NCBI GenBank assembly: GCA_965215605.1
Contig: OZ244070.1
Location: 160,001 to 224,000 of the forward strand
Length of the DNA stretch: 64,000 bases
Origin: an uncultured Candidatus Binatia bacterium
GTDB lineage: Bacteria > Desulfobacterota > Binatia > UBA9968 > JAJDTQ01
Direction: 5' to 3'
Part shown: in pieces, positions 1 to 9,781 of the stretch
Layout: every line of letters begins with the position of its first letter
How positions within the stretch are numbered: position 1 is the first letter of the stretch
The notes under the pieces: generated by a model
Databases searched by the model: none
What the model was told of the DNA's origin: nothing
The model's input: the letters and a program-made list of their open reading frames with translations, nothing else
Made by a program: the position numbers and the translations under genes

Positions 1-90
1 GCCGGGGAGTTTCCTGTCGAACAGGATCGTGTCCCTGTCGCCAGGCCCACTTTGGCGGGCCAAGCGCGGGGTGAGGTCAACGGTGGACAT
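1..90 (-). CDS. N-terminus of a second Arm-DNA-binding (DUF4102-like) tyrosine recombinase, running off the window edge
   Basis: ATG at 90 with GAGGGAGGAG upstream; translates MSTVDLTPRLARQSGPGDRDTILFDRKLPG, resembling the '..FD..LPGFGLR' Arm-domain start; overlaps the end of the upstream integrase. Confidence 0.6.
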   Translation of the reverse strand, partial: MSTVDLTPRLARQSGPGDRDTILFDRKLPG

Positions 91-903
91 GATGTGCTCC
101 TCCCTCGTGCTCCGCGTCCCTTCCGGCCAGGGCCATGTGGATACGGCCCGAAACCCGGTCGGCGGCGTCCGTAACGGACTGATCGGAAAGATGGGCGTAA
201 CGCTCGGTGGTCTCTACCAAGGCATGACCGAGCAGCTTCGCGATGGTCACCATGTCCACGCCATTCATGGCGGCTACCGAAGCCCAGTTGTGGCGGAGGT
301 CATGAAGCCGCAAGCCGGGCAAGCTCGCCTCATTGCGGATGCGGTGCCATTGGTGTTCGAAGTTGTCGATGTGCCGCGTTGGCGGTCGCGCAGGGAACAG
401 GAACGGGCAATCGGGACTGTAGCGCGGGATGGCGGCGATGAGCGCACGTGCGGCGCTCGACAGCCAGACCGTGCGCGGCCCGGACTTGGAATCGGGAAGG
501 TGGATGCGCTTGCCGCGAATCCAGTCCCATTCGAGGGAGACGATTTCTCCGCGCGGTACCCCGTCAGCATCAACAGGCGGATGATGGCCACGACATGCGG
601 GCGATAGAACTCGTCGCGGGTGAGCACGGGTCCGGTATCGTTCCTGGCCGGGTCGATGAAGGTGGCGAGGAGCCTGCGGGCCTCGCGCCGCGCCTCGGGC
701 ACGGTGAGGGTGTCGGCGCTGCCGATGGTGGCGGAGCGGATGCGCCCGCGCACGCTGCGGCGCACGAAGAACGAGCGATTTCCGCTAGTGCCGACGCGGA
801 GGCCGAGGCCGGAGATCACGTCGTCCCAGACATCGTACTTCCTGGCGCGGGGTTTGGCGGCGCGGACGCGCTTGGCGAAGGTGGACCTGAATTCGTCGGT
901 CAT
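77..903 (-). pseudogene. Tyrosine recombinase/integrase pseudogene (Arm domain plus catalytic domain, frameshifted, central domain apparently deleted)
   Basis: N-term WDDVISGLGLRVGTSGNRSF (Arm domain); LLMLTGYR then a frameshift near 552 into GEIVSLEWDW..LPDSKSGPR..LHDLRH..LLGH..TTERYAH catalytic motifs. Confidence 0.85.
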
Positions 904-1153
904 GGCTTGCGGCTCCTTTGTTGGGCCGCGCGACCCGCGGTCAGAACAGGAAGCGGTCGCGGCGGTGTTTGTTCGAGGAAGCCGCTTGGCGGTGCGGGAC
1001 GGGGTGAGCCGTAAGGCTCTGAATCTACGTGTGTTTCCGCACTATTGCGTGATGGCGGACACTAACCGGAAGGGCATCCCCGGTGCGTGAGGTGTGAGAT
1101 ACCCGGGCGGGTTTGTCAACGGCGGAGAATCGGACCCGGGCGTCGGACCGGCC

Positions 1154-1184
1154 TCCGGACCCCGGGTCAAGCCCGGGGTCCGGA
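1154..1184. repeat. REP-like hairpin (13-bp stem, TCAAG loop); may also terminate vapC transcription
   Basis: TCCGGACCCCGGG-TCAAG-CCCGGGGTCCGGA just downstream of the vapC stop. Confidence 0.7.
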
Positions 1185-1198
1185 AAGATCCGCGCGCT

Positions 1199-1597
1199 TC
1201 ACCATCTGGAACTGACCGGATATTGGCGGATGGCGTTATCCGGCGTCAGGATGGTAGCGTTGGCCCCAAGGGCGACCGCCACGAGAAGGCGGTCGAACGG
1301 ATCCCGGTGATGGTCGGGCAGTTCAGAGGCGCGATAGATGTCTGCCCGTCCCAGACCGAGACAATCCAGGCCCCAGGCGTCGATCTGTGCTTCGAGCCAA
1401 TGCCGGGGCGGGTCGGGAAGGACGAGCTTTCCGGCGTTCCACTTGAGCGCTATCTCCAGGGTCGAAACGTCGCTCCACAGAAGTGTGGAATCGGAGGCGT
1501 CAATGGCTTGTACAGATGCGGGGGAGAGCTTTTCCGGCTCCGTGGCCAGCCAGATCAACGTACAGGTATCCAACAGAAATTGGATCAAAGGCCCCAC
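1199..1597 (-). CDS. vapC: PIN-domain VapC toxin
   Basis: LLDTCTLIW, S.LEIALK and HRDPFDRLLVA motifs; overlaps the antitoxin gene. Confidence 0.92.
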   Translation of the reverse strand: MGPLIQFLLDTCTLIWLATEPEKLSPASVQAIDASDSTLLWSDVSTLEIALKWNAGKLVLPDPPRHWLEAQIDAWGLDCLGLGRADIYRASELPDHHRDPFDRLLVAVALGANATILTPDNAIRQYPVSSRW

Positions 1598-1824
1598 TCC
1601 TTCAACCGGTGGTCGTCAAGCGGCTCGAACGCATCGGAGACGTACTGAACGGGTGGCGAGGTGCGAGTGCCGACTCTCGGCCGCCGTCCCGTAGACGGCT
1701 CAATGGCGGTCAATTGGGCCACCGGCGTGGAGCCGTTGAGTATGATGATGGTCTCACCCCGCTGGATCTCCTTCAGCATCCGGGAAAGGTGTGTCTTGGT
1801 CTGGTGGATCGTAGCGGTCTTCAT
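1585..1824 (-). CDS. Phd/YefM family antitoxin
   Basis: TIHQTKTHLSRMLKEIQRGETIII..G.PVAQL; directly upstream of the PIN toxin; ATG 1824 preferred over 1830 from promoter geometry. Confidence 0.9.
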   Translation of the reverse strand: MKTATIHQTKTHLSRMLKEIQRGETIIILNGSTPVAQLTAIEPSTGRRPRVGTRTSPPVQYVSDAFEPLDDHRLKEWGL

Positions 1825-1830
1825 TTGCAT

Positions 1831-1859
1831 AGACTAGGACTTAGTCATGACTAAGTCAA
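1831..1859 (-). promoter_or_regulatory. Sigma70 promoter overlapped by a perfect 20-bp palindromic operator
   Basis: TTGACT(1859-1854)-N17-TAGTCT(1836-1831); GACTTAGTCATGACTAAGTC at 1838-1857. Confidence 0.8.
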
Positions 1860-1902
1860 TAATCCACACAGCAACGATACAACGGCTCCCAATTGCGGCC
1901 AC

Positions 1903-2790
1903 TCATCCCCCGTGGCTGAGCACCCAGACTCCCCCGACGATGAGCGCCGCGGCCAGCCCGTCCCGCGGGGTGACGGACTCCAGGGCGCGGAGCGTGAAGT
2001 GGGACAGCACGAAAGTGATGAGGGGCGAGATGCGCCAGATGGGCGCCACCAGCACCGAGGGCGCCAGCAGCAGCGCCTTGTAGGTGCACAGCGACGCGAT
2101 GGCCTCGGTGATGCCGGCAATGCCGAAGAGCACCGCGCTCTTGAGCGGCACCCTCTCCTGCCGCCAGGCCTGGATGCCCAGCGAAGGGCCGGCGGTGAAC
2201 AGGATCACCGTGGCGGTGATATGGTTGACCAGCGTGCCCAGCGCCGGCACGGCGGCGGCCACGAGTCCCCATTTCTTGAAGATGGGATTAATCCCGAAGG
2301 CCAAGGAAGACAGCAGCGGATACATGAAATAGACCAGCCGGTTGGGAGGCTGCTCTCCTTCGGGCGGGCTCACCGTCAGCAGCAGCACGCCGGCCACGAT
2401 CACCACCACCCCGGCGCTGATCTCCCAACCCACCTGCTCGCGCAGGAGCCCCCATCCCAGCAGCACGGTTATGAGCGGCGAGGAGTTTTTCACCGTCACC
2501 GACTTCGACGCCCCCACGCTGTCGATGCCCAGGTTGAGGAACACCTTCCCCAGGCAGGCGGCCACGCCCGTCAGCATGAAGGAGAGCAAGGGCAGCCAGT
2601 CCAGCCTCACGAACTCCCCGCGCCAGGCGGTGGCGGCCACCAGGGTCGCCAGGGACCAGTACTGGGTCCAGAGCGTCGCCATGGTGACGTTGGACTCCGC
2701 CATGCCCTTCTTGAGCAGGGTCGGGACCACGCCCCATATGACGCCGGCGGCCAGGGCGTAGAGGATGGCTTCGGTGGTGGCGTCGGTCAT
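1903..2790 (-). CDS. DMT/EamA family transporter
   Basis: About 10 hydrophobic segments in two EamA-like repeats (SPLITVLLGWGLLRE; SPLITFVLS). Confidence 0.85.
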   Translation of the reverse strand: MTDATTEAILYALAAGVIWGVVPTLLKKGMAESNVTMATLWTQYWSLATLVAATAWRGEFVRLDWLPLLSFMLTGVAACLGKVFLNLGIDSVGASKSVTVKNSSPLITVLLGWGLLREQVGWEISAGVVVIVAGVLLLTVSPPEGEQPPNRLVYFMYPLLSSLAFGINPIFKKWGLVAAAVPALGTLVNHITATVILFTAGPSLGIQAWRQERVPLKSAVLFGIAGITEAIASLCTYKALLLAPSVLVAPIWRISPLITFVLSHFTLRALESVTPRDGLAAALIVGGVWVLSHGG

Positions 2791-2903
2791 GGGGTGGGAA
2801 AGCGTACGTGTTACAAGGAGCGACTGACGAGGGGAAGCCGCATCGAAGCAGCGAAGCCTACAAATTAGACCGCGGCGGTGACCAGGTCAATCGGGACGGG
2901 TCG

Positions 2904-2932
2904 TTGACACTCCCCTACCCTCCGGGCATGAT
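2904..2932 (+). promoter_or_regulatory. Sigma70 promoter
   Basis: TTGACA-N17-CATGAT upstream of the ATG at 2972. Confidence 0.65.
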
Positions 2933-2971
2933 TCATGGTCACCCTTTCACGTTTCCACCCTGGAGCCTACC

Positions 2972-4423
2972 ATGAGCGACGTCCGTTTTATCGATACCAC
3001 CGTGCGCGACGGCAACCAGAGCCTGTGGGCGCTGAACATGCGCACCGATCACATGCTGGCGGTGGCGGAGCACATCGACGAGGCCGGGTTCGAGTCGGCC
3101 GAGTTTTTCGTCACGGTGATGTTCAAGAAGCTCGTGCGGGAACAGAAGGAGGACGCCTGGGACTGGTTCCGGCTCGGTACGAAGCGCTTCAGGAAAACCC
3201 CGCTGCGGCTCCACGGCGGGCTCAAGCTCATCGAGAAGATCCCGGTGTGCGTGTTCGAGTTGATGATCGAGCGGATCATGGACTACGGCATCACGCTGAC
3301 CCGCACTTCCAACTCCTGGAACAACTACGACGAGTTCGACGTGGAAAAGACCGAGCTCAAGAAGCTCGGCATGGACACGGTGGTGAACCTGATCTACTCG
3401 GTGTCGCCGCGCCATACCGACGAGTACTACGCGCGGAAGGCCCGGGAAGCCGCGGCCCTCGACCCGGTGCGGATATGCTTCAAGGACGTGGGCGGGCTGC
3501 TGACCCTGGAGCGGGCCCGGACCTTGATTCCCATCGTGCTGGAGAACATCGGCGACACCCCGGTGGAGTTCCACGCCCACTGCAACAACGGGCTGGCGCC
3601 GCTGTGCTACCTCGAAGCCGTGGACATGGGCCTGACCACGCTGCACACCGGCATCCCGCCGCTGGCCAACGGCTCGGCGCAGCCGTCGATCTTCAACGTC
3701 GCGCGGAACCTGCGCGCCATGGGGCACAACCCGCTCATCGACGAGGAGGTGCTCAGGCCGGTGACGGAAAAGCTCAACTACATCGCGAAGCGCGACCACC
3801 TGCCGGTGGGCCGGGTGGTGGAGTTCGACGAGTCGCAGTACACACACCAGGTGCCGGGCGGCATGATCTCCAACTTCCGCCACCAGCTCGGTCTCATCGA
3901 CAAGCGCGACAAGCTCGACGCCATCCTGGAGGAATGCGTCCGGGTGCGCGAGGAGTGGGGCTATCCCATCATGGTGACGCCGCTGTCCCAGTTCGTGGGC
4001 ACCCAGGCGGCCATCAACGTCATCGTGGGCGAGCGCTACAAGGAGGTCACCGACCAAGCCATCCAGTACGCCCTGGGCTACTGGGGCCGGGAGGGCGCCG
4101 AATACATGCACCCCGAAGTGAAGGACAAGATCCTGGGGCGCCCACGGGCCAAGGAGTGGGAGCACTGGGAGCTGCCCGCGCCGTCGATCCAGGAGGTGCG
4201 CCGGCAGCTCGGCGCCACCCACCTGTCCGACGAAGAGTTCCTGCTCTGGGTCTTCGCCGGCGAGGAGGCGGTGAAGGCGCTGCCGGACGGGGGCGCGCCC
4301 AAGGAATACCTGAGCGCCGGCACCCCGCTGGTGCGGCTGGTGGGCGAGCTGACCCGCCAGGACAAGGCCAACCACATCTACATACGCAAACCGGACTTCT
4401 CGCTGACGTTGGGGCGCGCCTGA
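2972..4423 (+). CDS. Pyruvate carboxylase subunit B / oxaloacetate decarboxylase alpha-like carboxyltransferase, no biotinyl domain
   Basis: DTTVRDGNQSL, FKDVGG, HAH, HQVPGGMISN and YPIMVTPLSQFVG motifs. Confidence 0.88.
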   Translation: MSDVRFIDTTVRDGNQSLWALNMRTDHMLAVAEHIDEAGFESAEFFVTVMFKKLVREQKEDAWDWFRLGTKRFRKTPLRLHGGLKLIEKIPVCVFELMIERIMDYGITLTRTSNSWNNYDEFDVEKTELKKLGMDTVVNLIYSVSPRHTDEYYARKAREAAALDPVRICFKDVGGLLTLERARTLIPIVLENIGDTPVEFHAHCNNGLAPLCYLEAVDMGLTTLHTGIPPLANGSAQPSIFNVARNLRAMGHNPLIDEEVLRPVTEKLNYIAKRDHLPVGRVVEFDESQYTHQVPGGMISNFRHQLGLIDKRDKLDAILEECVRVREEWGYPIMVTPLSQFVGTQAAINVIVGERYKEVTDQAIQYALGYWGREGAEYMHPEVKDKILGRPRAKEWEHWELPAPSIQEVRRQLGATHLSDEEFLLWVFAGEEAVKALPDGGAPKEYLSAGTPLVRLVGELTRQDKANHIYIRKPDFSLTLGRA

Positions 4424-4603
4424 CTGGAGCGGTGACTATCTGTCGGGACGTCTCGGATTGATTGAAGAAAAGGAAGACTTGTCCCGACAGGGTCCCGATC
4501 TGCAAGCTCGCGAGATTGACACGCTCCTGCCGATCGGATAATCCCGAAGAACGGCTAACCGCCGCCCGCGACCGCTGCATTTCATTCTCAGGGAGGGAAC
4601 ACC

Positions 4604-5725
4604 GTGACCTCAACCAATCCCCGACGCATCATCGACGGCGACGGCCATGTCGTCGAAGACATTGCGGCCATCATCGGCAACATGCCGCCGGAGTACACCG
4701 GCAAGACGTTCTCGGAGGCGCGCGCCAAGAGCCCGTTCCCGCCCATCGACCACCTGCACTCGGCCAACCGCCACTACGTACCGGAAGGGGCCTTCGCCAA
4801 CGTCGGGCCGGAGGGCTGGGAGGTGTTCCTGGAGGACGTGCGCATCGACGCCACGGTGCTCTACACCAGCGCCGGGCTGGCGTTCGGGAAGATCGTCAGC
4901 CGCGACTGGGCCATTGAGCTGGCGCGGGCCTACAACGACTGGATCCACGAAACCTACGTGGCCCGGAGCCCGCGGTTCCAGGCCATGGGGCTGCTCCCGT
5001 TGCAGGAGCCCAAGGCCGCGGCCGAGGAGTTGCGCCGCATGGTGGAGGAGCTGGGCCTGTGCGGCGCCATGCTGCCGTCCACCGGCGCCAACATGCCCCA
5101 CCTGGGCTCCGAGCGCTACTGGCCGATCTACCGGGAAGCGGAGCGGCTGGGATGCGCCATCGGCATACACGGCGGCGCCCACGAGGGCATGCTCATGGAC
5201 GACCTCACCCCCTACGCGCCGGTGAACGCCCTAGGCCATCCCATGGGACAGATGATCGGCTTCGCGGGCATCGTCTTCAACGGCGTCCTGGACAAGTTTC
5301 CGGGGCTGCGCATCGGCTTCCTCGAAGCGGGCTGCGCCTGGCTGCTGACGTGCCTCGAGCGCTTCAACGGCTCCTGGGCGAGCCACGTGCAGTACGACCC
5401 CCGCGGACGTTTCCTCGAACTCGGCGACGGCATGAACATGACCGACTACATCTGCCGCCACATCGACGAGGGCCGCATCTTCGTGGGCGTCGAGGGCGAC
5501 GAGCTGTCCATCGCCGAGGCGGTGCGGGTGGTGGGCAACAAGCCGTTCCTGTTCTCCTCCGACTACCCCCATGAGGTGGACGCGGCCACCTGCAAGCACG
5601 AGCTGCAGGAGCTGGAAGAGAACGAGGAGCTGAGCGACGACGACAAGGACGCCATCCTCTTCCGCAACGCCCAGCGGTTCTATCGCCTGGGCGAGGGAGC
5701 GGCGCAGACGGGAGGCCAACCGTGA
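4604..5725 (+). CDS. Amidohydrolase-2 family protein (paralog 1)
   Basis: IDGDGHV, RAYNDW, IH, FLEAG and SSDYPH motifs. Confidence 0.9.
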   Translation: MTSTNPRRIIDGDGHVVEDIAAIIGNMPPEYTGKTFSEARAKSPFPPIDHLHSANRHYVPEGAFANVGPEGWEVFLEDVRIDATVLYTSAGLAFGKIVSRDWAIELARAYNDWIHETYVARSPRFQAMGLLPLQEPKAAAEELRRMVEELGLCGAMLPSTGANMPHLGSERYWPIYREAERLGCAIGIHGGAHEGMLMDDLTPYAPVNALGHPMGQMIGFAGIVFNGVLDKFPGLRIGFLEAGCAWLLTCLERFNGSWASHVQYDPRGRFLELGDGMNMTDYICRHIDEGRIFVGVEGDELSIAEAVRVVGNKPFLFSSDYPHEVDAATCKHELQELEENEELSDDDKDAILFRNAQRFYRLGEGAAQTGGQP

Positions 5726-6810
5726 GCACGTTACAGGATCGGACCGTCGTCGACGGCGACGGCCACGTGGTGGAGGACCACGAGGCCATCTGGCGGCGGA
5801 TGCCCGAGGATTACCGGGTCAGCAACTGGTCGATGCGCAGTCCCTTCGGGCCCAACGACCACCTGCACTCGGCCAACCGTCATTTCGTTCCCGAGGGCGC
5901 GTTCGCCAAGGTGGGACCCGAGGGATGGATCGAGTTCCTGGAGGACGTGGGCGTCGAGAGCACCGTCCTCTACCCCTCCAACGGTCTCACCCTTGGCCGG
6001 GTGGTGAGCCGCGACTGGGCCATCGAGCTGTCGCGCGCGTACAACGACTGGCTCCACGACGAGTACACGGCCCGGAGCCCACGCTTCCAGGCCGTGGGGC
6101 TGATCCCGCTGCACGAGCCGGACGAAGCGGTGGCGGAGTTGCGGCGCATCGTCGAGGAGCTTCACTTCGCCGGCGCCATGCTGCCGGGCACGGGCGCAAG
6201 CCAGCTCCAGAACCATCTGGGGGACGAGCGGTACTGGCCCATCTACGAGGAGGCGGACCGGCTCGGCTGCGCTCTCGGCATCCACGGCGGCGTGCACGAC
6301 AACATGGGGCTGGACGACATGAGCCCGTATGCCCCGGTGAACGCCCTGGGCCACCCCTTCGGGCAGATGGTGAACTTCGCCGGCATCGTCTTCAACGGCG
6401 TGCTGGACCGCTACCCCAACGCCCGCTTCGGCTTCCTGGAGGCCGGCGCCGCGTGGTTCGTGAACTGCCTGGAGCGCTTCGAGCGGTCCTGGAGCAGCCA
6501 CGTCCAGTACGATCCCAACAACCGCTTTCTCCAACTCAAGGAGAACGAATCCGTCACCGACTACGTGCTCAAGCACGTGGACGCCGGCCGGATCTTCGTG
6601 GGCGTGGAGGGGGACGAGCTGACCCTGCCCTTCGCCGTGCGCATCGCGGGCAACAAGCCGTTCCTGTACTCTTCCGACTTCCCTCACGAGGTGAATCACG
6701 CCACCGCCAAGGAGGAGATCGAGGAACTGCGGGAGAACCCCCGGCTCACGGACGACGACAAGGCGGCGATCCTGCACGCCAACGCCCGGCGTTTCTACCA
6801 GCTCGGATAG
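5722..6810 (+). CDS. Amidohydrolase-2 family protein (paralog 2)
   Basis: VDGDGHV, RAYNDW, FLEAG, SSDFPH; GTGA overlap with paralog 1. Confidence 0.9.
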   Translation: MSTLQDRTVVDGDGHVVEDHEAIWRRMPEDYRVSNWSMRSPFGPNDHLHSANRHFVPEGAFAKVGPEGWIEFLEDVGVESTVLYPSNGLTLGRVVSRDWAIELSRAYNDWLHDEYTARSPRFQAVGLIPLHEPDEAVAELRRIVEELHFAGAMLPGTGASQLQNHLGDERYWPIYEEADRLGCALGIHGGVHDNMGLDDMSPYAPVNALGHPFGQMVNFAGIVFNGVLDRYPNARFGFLEAGAAWFVNCLERFERSWSSHVQYDPNNRFLQLKENESVTDYVLKHVDAGRIFVGVEGDELTLPFAVRIAGNKPFLYSSDFPHEVNHATAKEEIEELRENPRLTDDDKAAILHANARRFYQLG

Positions 6811-6828
6811 GGACTGGCCGGGCAATCC

Positions 6829-8106
6829 GTGGCGACGCGCCGCCAACCTCCCCTCTCGGTGCGCTTCTTCTACGGCTGGATCGTGGTGGCGCTGACGTTC
6901 TGCGTCAACCTCACCGCGGCTGGCACACGCTCCGCCGCAACCCTGTTGATCAGGCCGCTGGAAGCGGAATTCGGCTGGAACCGCACCATGGCGTCCGGGC
7001 CCGGGGGCCTGAACCTTCTCCTGTTCGGCATCGGCGCGCCGGCGGCGGGCTGGCTGGTGGACCGCTTTGGCGTCCGCCGCGTTGTGATGGTTGCCTTGGC
7101 ATTGGTCACCGCGGGCCTGGTGGGTACGGCCATCAGTCAGCAGTGGTGGCACCTGCTGCTGTTCTGGGGCCTGGTGGTAGGCTTCGGCACCAGCGCCACA
7201 CCCGTGCTCGCGGCAGCGGTGGCCAACCGCTGGTTCGTGAAGCACCGGGGCGTAACCCTGGGTTTGCTGACCAACGGCAACGCCGCCGGCCAGATGGTTT
7301 TCCTGCCCCTGTTCACCATCGTCATCGCCGCGACCGGCTGGCGCGGCAGCATGCTGTTCCTGGGCGCTGTCGCCTTCGGCCTGATGACGCTGGTGTCGCT
7401 GTGGATGCGCGACGAGCCGGAGGAGGTGGGCCTGGAACCCTACGGCCGGGCCGCCGCCGTTGCTTCCGGGACCATGCGATCCGACACACAGGCATCCGCC
7501 ACCCCCATCCGCGACGCATTTCACAGCTCCACCTTCTGGCTCCTGAGCGGCGGCTTCTTCGTGTGCGGCCTCACTGCCAACGGGCTCATCGGCCTGCACC
7601 TGATACCCCACGTGGTCGAGAACCTCGGCATTGCCGGGGTCGTCGCCGGCCTGATCGTCGGCGTCATGGGCGGCATCAGTTTCATCGGCACGCTGGGCGC
7701 CGGCTGGCTGGTGGACAAGGTGGACGCGCGCAAGGTGCTGGCCTTGGCCTATTTCCTGCGCGGGTGCTCGCTGTTCCTGCTGCCGTTTGTCGACTCCCTC
7801 GCCGGACTGATCCTGTTCGCCATGGTATACGGCATCGACTGGTACGCCACCGGCCCGGCGACCACGGCCATTGCCGCGGACACCTTCGGCCGGCAGGCGG
7901 TGGCGCGCATCTTCGGGTGGATCTTCCTCGCACACCAGTTCGGCGCCACCTTCGCGGGCTACGGCGCCGGCGTGATTTACGATATATTCGGCGAATATCA
8001 GTACGCGTTCCTGGCCGGCGCCACCATGGCGCTCATCGCCGCGGCCCTGGTGCTGCAGATCTCGCCGCGGACGTCCCGGTTGACGCCCGCCCCGAGCGCC
8101 GCGTGA
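6829..8106 (+). CDS. MFS transporter
   Basis: FFYGWIVV start, AGWLVDRFGVRR motif A, about 12 TM segments. Confidence 0.9.
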   Translation: MATRRQPPLSVRFFYGWIVVALTFCVNLTAAGTRSAATLLIRPLEAEFGWNRTMASGPGGLNLLLFGIGAPAAGWLVDRFGVRRVVMVALALVTAGLVGTAISQQWWHLLLFWGLVVGFGTSATPVLAAAVANRWFVKHRGVTLGLLTNGNAAGQMVFLPLFTIVIAATGWRGSMLFLGAVAFGLMTLVSLWMRDEPEEVGLEPYGRAAAVASGTMRSDTQASATPIRDAFHSSTFWLLSGGFFVCGLTANGLIGLHLIPHVVENLGIAGVVAGLIVGVMGGISFIGTLGAGWLVDKVDARKVLALAYFLRGCSLFLLPFVDSLAGLILFAMVYGIDWYATGPATTAIAADTFGRQAVARIFGWIFLAHQFGATFAGYGAGVIYDIFGEYQYAFLAGATMALIAAALVLQISPRTSRLTPAPSAA

Positions 8107-8160
8107 GGCTCCCGGACATCCTCGCCGACTGAATCGATCATCGCCAACGGAGGTTCATCC

Positions 8161-9171
8161 ATGCAACTACCGCCCATAGCCGCCACAACCATCGGCAGCT
8201 TCCCGCGACCCAAGTGGCTGGCCAACGCCACCCGCAGCCAGACGACGTTCAATCTGGAGGGAGAACGGCTCCGCGAAGGCCTCGACGACGCCACCAGCGT
8301 GGCCATCCGAGACCAGGAGCTGGCGGGCCTGGATCTGGTCACCGACGGCGAACAGCGGCGGCCGCACTTCATCGACCACATCCTGAACTCGCTGGAAGGC
8401 GTGGACACGGTGAACCGGGTCCCCAAGGGGGTGTACCGGCGGCGCGACGACGTGCACCAGGTACCCCACGTGCACGGAGCCCTCAAGCGGCGGAAGCCCG
8501 CCGTGGTGGAGGATCTGCAATTTGCCAAGGGACGCACGGACCGGCCGGTGAAGATGGCGGTGCCCGGGCCCATGACCGTGGTGGACAGCACCCTGGACAA
8601 CCACTATGGCGACGAGGCGGCCATGGCCATGGATGTGGCCGCGGCCCTCAACCAGGAACTGCGGGAACTCCAGGCCGCCGGCGCCGACGTGCTGCAGATC
8701 GACGAGCCCGCCATGACCCGCTACCACGAGAAGGTCGCGGCCTACGGCGCCCGGGCTCTCGACCGCTGCATCGAGGGCATCACCGTCCCCACCATTGTCC
8801 ACCTCTGTTACGGCTATCCCGGCGGCAAGGACCTGCAGCACGAGTACGAGTACCCGGAGCTGTTCCCGCTCCTGCTCGAGACCAACATCGGCGGCTTCGC
8901 GGTGGAGTTCGCCCGCAGCAACTACGATCCGGCCATCCTGGAAGTGTGCAAGGATCGGCTCGTCATGTTCGGCTGCGTGGACCCCAGCGACGTTCCGGTA
9001 CCGCCCTTGGAATCGGTGGTGACTCGGGTCCGCCACGCGCTCCGGTACCTCGACCCGGAGAAGCTGCTGCTGGCGCCGGACTGCGGCCTCATGACCGTGA
9101 GCCGGGAGCTGGCCTTCGCCAAGGCCAGGCTGCTGGCGGACACTGCCTCCGAACTGCGGCGGACGCTGTGA
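8161..9171 (+). CDS. Cobalamin-independent methionine synthase II family (core, single-domain)
   Basis: TTIGSFPRP, TDGEQRR, QIDEP, HLCYG and PDCG zinc motifs. Confidence 0.88.
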   Translation: MQLPPIAATTIGSFPRPKWLANATRSQTTFNLEGERLREGLDDATSVAIRDQELAGLDLVTDGEQRRPHFIDHILNSLEGVDTVNRVPKGVYRRRDDVHQVPHVHGALKRRKPAVVEDLQFAKGRTDRPVKMAVPGPMTVVDSTLDNHYGDEAAMAMDVAAALNQELRELQAAGADVLQIDEPAMTRYHEKVAAYGARALDRCIEGITVPTIVHLCYGYPGGKDLQHEYEYPELFPLLLETNIGGFAVEFARSNYDPAILEVCKDRLVMFGCVDPSDVPVPPLESVVTRVRHALRYLDPEKLLLAPDCGLMTVSRELAFAKARLLADTASELRRTL

Positions 9172-9701
9172 GCCCGTCACCCGCAGGCGGCAACCAAGCC
9201 GCGCAGATGTACCGCGTCGTGAAACTTCCCGACGGGATCACGGGCCGCCTGTATCTCGGCAGCATGCCCGGACGCTACGAGGTGTTCGACGAAGCGTGGC
9301 GGGCCATCGTCGAGCGCGAGATCACGCGGGTGATCTGCCTCGTGCCGCCCGAGGAACTGCAGGACAAGTCGCCGCTCTACGCCCGCGCGCTGCGGGAAGC
9401 CAGCATCCCGTGGGAGCACGAAAGCTTCCCCGTCGAGGACTTCGAGGCGCCGGCGGACCGGGAGGCATTCTGGACCCTGGCGCGGGAAACGGCCCGGTTG
9501 CTGAAGGCGGGAGAAGCCATCCTGGCTCACTGCGCCGCCGGCATCGGCCGCACCGGCACCTTCGCCGTGTGCGCGCTGCTGGCGCTGGGCATGAGCGCCG
9601 CCGCGGCGCGCGCCGCGGTCCGAAGGGCCGGCGCCGGACCCCAGACCGCGGCCCAGGAAGACGTGGTCCAGTGGGCCGCGGGACTGGACTCCGCCGGCTG
9701 A
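9168..9701 (+). CDS. Dual-specificity/protein-tyrosine phosphatase-like protein
   Basis: CX5R loop HCAAGIGRTG and FPVEDF acid loop; GTGA overlap with the preceding gene (alternative ATG 9207). Confidence 0.85.
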   Translation: MSPSPAGGNQAAQMYRVVKLPDGITGRLYLGSMPGRYEVFDEAWRAIVEREITRVICLVPPEELQDKSPLYARALREASIPWEHESFPVEDFEAPADREAFWTLARETARLLKAGEAILAHCAAGIGRTGTFAVCALLALGMSAAAARAAVRRAGAGPQTAAQEDVVQWAAGLDSAG

Positions 9702-9781
9702 GTTTCTTCCTTCCCGCACTGCGTCGTGATAGAAAAGAAGCGGTCCGCGGGACAAGACTGCCTTCGAGGGAGAGAACAAGG

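Noticed and set aside
29-607. 192-aa plus-strand ORF
   Set aside because: Antisense shadow of the integrase catalytic domain
1000-1095. att site of the integrative element
   Set aside because: Plausible location but no tRNA end or second repeat copy is visible in the window
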